DNA from: a virus
Lineage: Duplodnaviria > Heunggongvirae > Uroviricota > Caudoviricetes
Reading direction: 5' to 3' (one strand)
DNA length: 34,170 nucleotides
Virus record (IMG/VR): IMGVR_UViG_2706796290_000001
Coordinates: 1-34,170 of that record
Shown in pieces: positions 29,951-34,170 of this stretch; the stretch's first letter is position 1, and each line of letters begins with the position of its first letter. The notes beneath the pieces were generated by a model, which was not told the DNA's origin, searched no databases, and was given only the letters and a program-made list of their open reading frames with translations. The position numbers and the translations under genes were made by a program.

Positions 29951-30979
29951 ATGGCTTCAAAACTTTCTGAAGTAGTGAATGTTGTTATTAGAAGAGAGAC
30001 TAGTTTCATCCGTGAAGCTGATTTAAACACAATGGCTATTGTCTCAAATAACACAACATTTACAGATGCATACCGCATCTACACTAATATTGATCAAATT
30101 TTAGATGATGGCTTTGATACAGATTCTTATGTTTATAAAGCAGCAGCAATGGCTTTTGGACAAGAAATTAAACCAGCTAAGATTGTTGTTACAGGTGGTG
30201 CTGTTGCAACTGGCGAGTATGTTACAAAGCTTACAAGTACATTAAGTGCATATAACCAATTTTTATTCGTTGTCACAGATGCTACAGCAGATGCAGATAT
30301 TCTTGCAATTGCAGCTTATGTGGAAACACAAGAGTTATTTTATGGAGTTACTATGACTGATATTACAGCACAAGGCAACTTGATGACTCAGCTAAAAACT
30401 CTTGGCTACGATCGTACACTTGTTTTATTCAATGAAAATACTACAGGAACTATCCCAGAAGCTGGATGGATTGCTAGATTCGGTTCTGAGCAAGCTGGAA
30501 GTATCACTTGGGTTCTTAAACCAGTTAAAGGTCTTTTACCATCAAAACTTTCTGAAACACAGAAAACATTCTTAGAGACCAACAACGTTTCATGGCTAGA
30601 CAGTTATGAAGACGATGCAGTTATCTCTAATCGTGGTGGTAAGGTTGCTTCTGGTGAGTGGATTGATGTAATGCTTGGGGTTCAGTGGATTATCACTCGC
30701 TTGAGAGAAGCAGTTTACAACGTTCTAAGAAACCAACGTAAAGTAGGTATGAGTAATGAAGGGGTTGCTTTAATTGAGGCACCGATTCGTAGAGTTTTAG
30801 AACAAGCTATCCTGTTTGGTATCTTGGCAAGAGAACCACAATATTCTCTTATCATGCCTGATGTTCTAGCATTGACACCAGCAGAACGTAACTCTCGTAA
30901 ACTTAAAGGCATCACTTTCAGAGCTAGACTTGAAGGTGCTATTCACTATGTTGACATTGAAGGCACTGTTTACCCTTAA
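29951..30979 (+). CDS. tail sheath protein (DUF3383-like), 342 aa
   Basis: GGKVASGEWIDVMLGVQW and C-terminal ARLEGAIHYVDIEGTV pattern. Confidence 0.87.
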   Translation: MASKLSEVVNVVIRRETSFIREADLNTMAIVSNNTTFTDAYRIYTNIDQILDDGFDTDSYVYKAAAMAFGQEIKPAKIVVTGGAVATGEYVTKLTSTLSAYNQFLFVVTDATADADILAIAAYVETQELFYGVTMTDITAQGNLMTQLKTLGYDRTLVLFNENTTGTIPEAGWIARFGSEQAGSITWVLKPVKGLLPSKLSETQKTFLETNNVSWLDSYEDDAVISNRGGKVASGEWIDVMLGVQWIITRLREAVYNVLRNQRKVGMSNEGVALIEAPIRRVLEQAILFGILAREPQYSLIMPDVLALTPAERNSRKLKGITFRARLEGAIHYVDIEGTVYP

Positions 30980-31016
30980 TCTGAGGGTAAACTTACTTAA
31001 AATAAGGAGAGTTTAG

Positions 31017-31544
31017 ATGGCTGAACAAAACTTAGGTACATACAGTGCTGAAGAAGTTCAAGTAATTTTAGAGCAAGAAAGTACAGGTCTAGTTTATAGG
31101 GTTGTAGGTTTCATGGAAGATTCTATGGTTACTATAACACCTTCAGTAGATACATACACACCATACAATGGTGCAGATAATACTGGTGCCCGTATTCATA
31201 ATGGTAACAGAAGTGCAAACGTGGTTTTATCTCTACAACAAACTTCACCTTCGAACGATGTCTTAACAAGACTACTTCAAAAGGATGTTCGTTCACGTAG
31301 AAATGAAGGTCTCTTCTCAGTAATGATTAAGGATGCTTCTGGACGTACTGTTGCGACAGCACGACAAGCATACATTACAAGACTACCAGAAATCACTTAC
31401 ACAAACAACATGTCAGTGCGTGAATGGAATATTTATGCATACAACTCAGAAATCTTCGTTGGTGGTAACGCTATGTTAGAACCAGAAGTTGTAGATGCTT
31501 TAACAACACTTGAAGCACCTATCGACAACACTTGGGTTGACTAA
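31017..31544 (+). CDS. tail tube protein (DUF3277-like), 175 aa
   Basis: Follows the sheath; TYSAEEV, GADNTGAR, LQQTSPSN motifs. Confidence 0.85.
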   Translation: MAEQNLGTYSAEEVQVILEQESTGLVYRVVGFMEDSMVTITPSVDTYTPYNGADNTGARIHNGNRSANVVLSLQQTSPSNDVLTRLLQKDVRSRRNEGLFSVMIKDASGRTVATARQAYITRLPEITYTNNMSVREWNIYAYNSEIFVGGNAMLEPEVVDALTTLEAPIDNTWVD

Positions 31545-31549
31545 TGCTT

Positions 31550-31581
31550 GGGAGGGTTGGGTTTTCCTTCCCTCCCTTTTT
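31550..31581 (+). terminator. intrinsic terminator
   Basis: GGGAGGG/CCCTCCC stem followed by T5. Confidence 0.85.
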
Positions 31582-31600
31582 GTTTCTTTGAGAGGATATT

Positions 31601-32167
31601 ATGATCAATGAATTGATGTATTACTCACCAATGGATGTGCAATTCACCATTCTTGGAAAAACCATTTCAGGTTATGCTGAAGACAACTTCATTGTGATTG
31701 AGCCTCAAAATGACACATCAACCATGAAGGATTCTCTTGATGGTAGAGTGCAAATAACACATAAACCTAATGCAATGTATACTGTAACTCTTTCATTGCA
31801 GCAGACATCACCAGATAACACCTTATTGAGTGCACTACATACAATCTACAAGAGATTTGGTTCAACACTAAAACTACCATTGATTATTAAAGATCATAAC
31901 ACAGGGACCACAATGTATGCAACTGATGTTTTCTTTAGAAGGGAACCTACAGTTACTTTTGGCTCAGGTATGAATGTACTTAATTGGGAGTTTAATGTAA
32001 AGAATCCTTCTTTTGTCATTAGTGGTAACCCTATAGGTGATAATGATGATATTGAAAGAATGATCAACCAAGCTATTCAAATAGCTGGTTATTTAGATAT
32101 TGACCTATCTTCAATTTTAGGAACTGTTAATAATCTTTTTGAAGATGTTAGAGACATATTTGTCTAG
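31601..32167 (+). CDS. tube-like paralog 2, 188 aa
   Basis: YSPMDV, LQQTSPDN motifs shared with the tube protein. Confidence 0.72.
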   Translation: MINELMYYSPMDVQFTILGKTISGYAEDNFIVIEPQNDTSTMKDSLDGRVQITHKPNAMYTVTLSLQQTSPDNTLLSALHTIYKRFGSTLKLPLIIKDHNTGTTMYATDVFFRREPTVTFGSGMNVLNWEFNVKNPSFVISGNPIGDNDDIERMINQAIQIAGYLDIDLSSILGTVNNLFEDVRDIFV

Positions 32168-32170
32168 GGA

Positions 32171-32785
32171 GTGAATTATATGGCTGATCTTGATTTTGAT
32201 CAATACATCAAAGAAAACCCCGACATCTTAGGTCAAACAGTTGATAGAGATTCCTTACTAGGTCCACAAGCTACAAATACTGTTTTAAAGTCATCAACAA
32301 AGGCTTCTGAGAGCTTTGGTAACTTTGTTAAGCAAACCCAAAGTGTTCTTAACAGCAGAGTTTTTACAACCCTTAAGAGGATTGCTGGAAAGATTATCTC
32401 TAATGGTGAGGGTTCTTATGACCCTTCAAAGCATATCTTTTATGTTGGTGATTTAAAATTAGAGGGTGTTGTTGAATGTAGAATCAACTACCCCGATGTT
32501 TTCAAAACTTACGAAAGTATGGCAATTGGTGGAAACCCTGTAACCAGAAAAAGAAATGGTGTCATTACTATGGAGATTGTACTACAAAGAACCTCTCCTA
32601 GTTGTAATGCACTTAATCAAGCATGGGATATCATGTATAGAACTGGTAGGGGAAAACTTAAAATCCACATTGTCGATAATGGTGGTATTGGCCTAGATGG
32701 TGATGCCATTATTGTTAAAAAACCAGACAATACAATGGATATTGATGGTGCAGATTTTACATATACCTTTCAATTATTTAGATAA
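32171..32785 (+). CDS. tube-like paralog 3 with N-terminal extension, 204 aa
   Basis: YDPSKH and LQRTSPSC in the C-terminal half. Confidence 0.6.
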   Translation: MNYMADLDFDQYIKENPDILGQTVDRDSLLGPQATNTVLKSSTKASESFGNFVKQTQSVLNSRVFTTLKRIAGKIISNGEGSYDPSKHIFYVGDLKLEGVVECRINYPDVFKTYESMAIGGNPVTRKRNGVITMEIVLQRTSPSCNALNQAWDIMYRTGRGKLKIHIVDNGGIGLDGDAIIVKKPDNTMDIDGADFTYTFQLFR

Positions 32786-32804
32786 TATCTTTGTTATATA
32801 AGGA

Positions 32805-33236
32805 GTGAATATGACACAAGAACTACAACGAGTTGTTACTGTTAACGACAAAGAATACACAATTCAAATCTTCAAGGGTGAAACCTCAATGGTTATCTTC
32901 CATGAGTTAAGCCGTGTAATCATCCCCTTCATTAAGGATTTACAGGATGCCTTCACAACTGAAGATGAAGCAGAAAAAAGTAAAATGATTTTAAGTGCTC
33001 TAGAGAAAGTATTCACTACAGTGGATTATAACACAGCACTCAAACTCTTAAAAACTCTGGTAAGTCAAGTATATGGTGCCAATGGCCGTGTAATTGTTCC
33101 TAATGATGAATTCGCTAAGAACATTACTTCATGGTACTTGTTAGCTTGGGAAGTTATCTCATTCAACTACGCTGATGTTTTTTCCTTTCTCGGTTCAGGA
33201 GAGACAGCAGCAGACCTGAAACGAGACTTAATCTAA
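32805..33236 (+). CDS. tail assembly chaperone (G-like), 143 aa
   Basis: Position before the tape measure gene; T6 run at 33178-33183. Confidence 0.78.
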   Translation: MNMTQELQRVVTVNDKEYTIQIFKGETSMVIFHELSRVIIPFIKDLQDAFTTEDEAEKSKMILSALEKVFTTVDYNTALKLLKTLVSQVYGANGRVIVPNDEFAKNITSWYLLAWEVISFNYADVFSFLGSGETAADLKRDLI

Positions 33237-33445
33237 AATTAAGGGCTGAACTTGACAAATTAGATGAAGAGTTCAGCATGCCTCATGAATGGCTGCAAAT
33301 ACTTAGTGCTAAAAAACCTTTGGTTACCTATATGGAATTAAGGAATATGACATGCTCTGAAGTATACGATATTCTTGAGTTGCAAGATAGTTTAGACCTC
33401 TACAGGGATGTTGCTGAATATATCCAAGAGCAAAATAAAAAATAA
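32805..33445 (+). CDS. tail assembly chaperone, -1 frameshift-extended form (GT-like), about 213 aa
   Basis: -1 frame open 33176-33445; GTTTTTTC site resembles the P2 E+E' T6 slip site. Confidence 0.65.
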
Positions 33446-33460
33446 TTGTGAGGTAATATA

Positions 33461-34170
33461 ATGGAAATTGCTAAGCTGTTTGCCTCTGTCGGCTTCCGAG
33501 TTGACACAACAAACCTTGAAAAGTTCGAAAGCAAATTGGGCCAAGTACAGACTAAGTTTGTAGGTTTTAGCCAAACAATTAGTGCTGTTGGTACACAAGC
33601 ATCTACAGCAATTGTCCCTGTAAATAACTTACTTAAAGCTTTAGATTTTAAAGGTAAAAGTACAGGTATTACCCCTTTAGTTACTGCTTTAGGGAGATTA
33701 TCTACCACAGTAAATGCAATGAATACTTCTGAGTTCCACTCAAAGATTCAAAAAATTACATTAGCACTAGAAGAATCTAGACCTAGTATTTGGAAAAGTA
33801 AAAATGCTTGGGAAGCATACGCTAAAGCTGTAGCAGAAGCAAGGGCTGCCTTAACAGGAAACTGGGGAAGAATGCCCCCTAGCCCAAGAACTGCTGCTAG
33901 TGGTGCTGCTGGGGTAGCTGGAGGTATGGCTTTAGGGTCAACTATGAGAGGAGGTGGTGGTTATGTATCATCACCTCACTACACACCAGCAAGTAGACTT
34001 TTAGCACCAATGGTTGGCTCTCACTTAGCTTATTTAGGTTCTGGTGGCGTTATGGCTGGGGTTGGTGCTATCTATGCCACTAAAGCCACTCTAGATAGAG
34101 CACAAGAGAACGTAACCGCAGAGAACTTTGTAAAGATGGCCTCTAAAGATGATGCCGAGTTCAAACAAAA
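33461..34170 (+). CDS. tape measure protein, N-terminal part (runs off the window)
   Basis: GAGGT SD; MEIAKLFASVGFRVD start typical of TMPs; Ala/Gly-rich; open to the window end; absent from the ORF track. Confidence 0.87.
   Translation, partial: MEIAKLFASVGFRVDTTNLEKFESKLGQVQTKFVGFSQTISAVGTQASTAIVPVNNLLKALDFKGKSTGITPLVTALGRLSTTVNAMNTSEFHSKIQKITLALEESRPSIWKSKNAWEAYAKAVAEARAALTGNWGRMPPSPRTAASGAAGVAGGMALGSTMRGGGGYVSSPHYTPASRLLAPMVGSHLAYLGSGGVMAGVGAIYATKATLDRAQENVTAENFVKMASKDDAEFKQ

Noticed and set aside
33392-33708. Minus-strand ORFs 33392-33598 and 33400-33708
   Set aside because: Antisense to the tape measure start and the chaperone extension.

Overview
A 34-kb segment of a lytic, contractile-tailed dsDNA phage. 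The host is probably Acinetobacter, inferred from the tailspike N-terminus and prophage-like small genes. Bases 1-10.6k are about 35 leftward early/accessory genes, including a PPP-family phosphatase, an SF2-like ATPase and several microproteins missed by the ORF track. An AT-rich divergence region with CCTAAAGG repeats follows. The rightward arm carries embedded spanins, a 920-aa beta-helix tailspike, a SleB-type hydrolase, and a 23-gene tRNA array covering all 20 amino acids. It continues with thioredoxin, a free-standing NUMOD4-HNH endonuclease, a terminase gene split by two group I introns, and the head, neck and tail genes up to the start of the tape measure gene. The main discoveries are RNA-level. 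(1) terL intron 1 ends in A instead of the near-universal omega-G; reading frame, P10 and P9.0 pairing each independently fix this site. (2) The adjacent HNH gene has a hairpin whose loop is exactly complementary to its own Shine-Dalgarno sequence (pseudoknot). (3) The tRNA array contains a ~700-nt densely structured ORF-less RNA (GOLLD/ROOL-like candidate), several tRNA-sized non-tRNA structures and radically rearranged tRNAs. (4) The portal gene needs a -1 shift at A_AAA_AAC, which is either programmed or a homopolymer error. All folds were derived by eye; no database searches were run.
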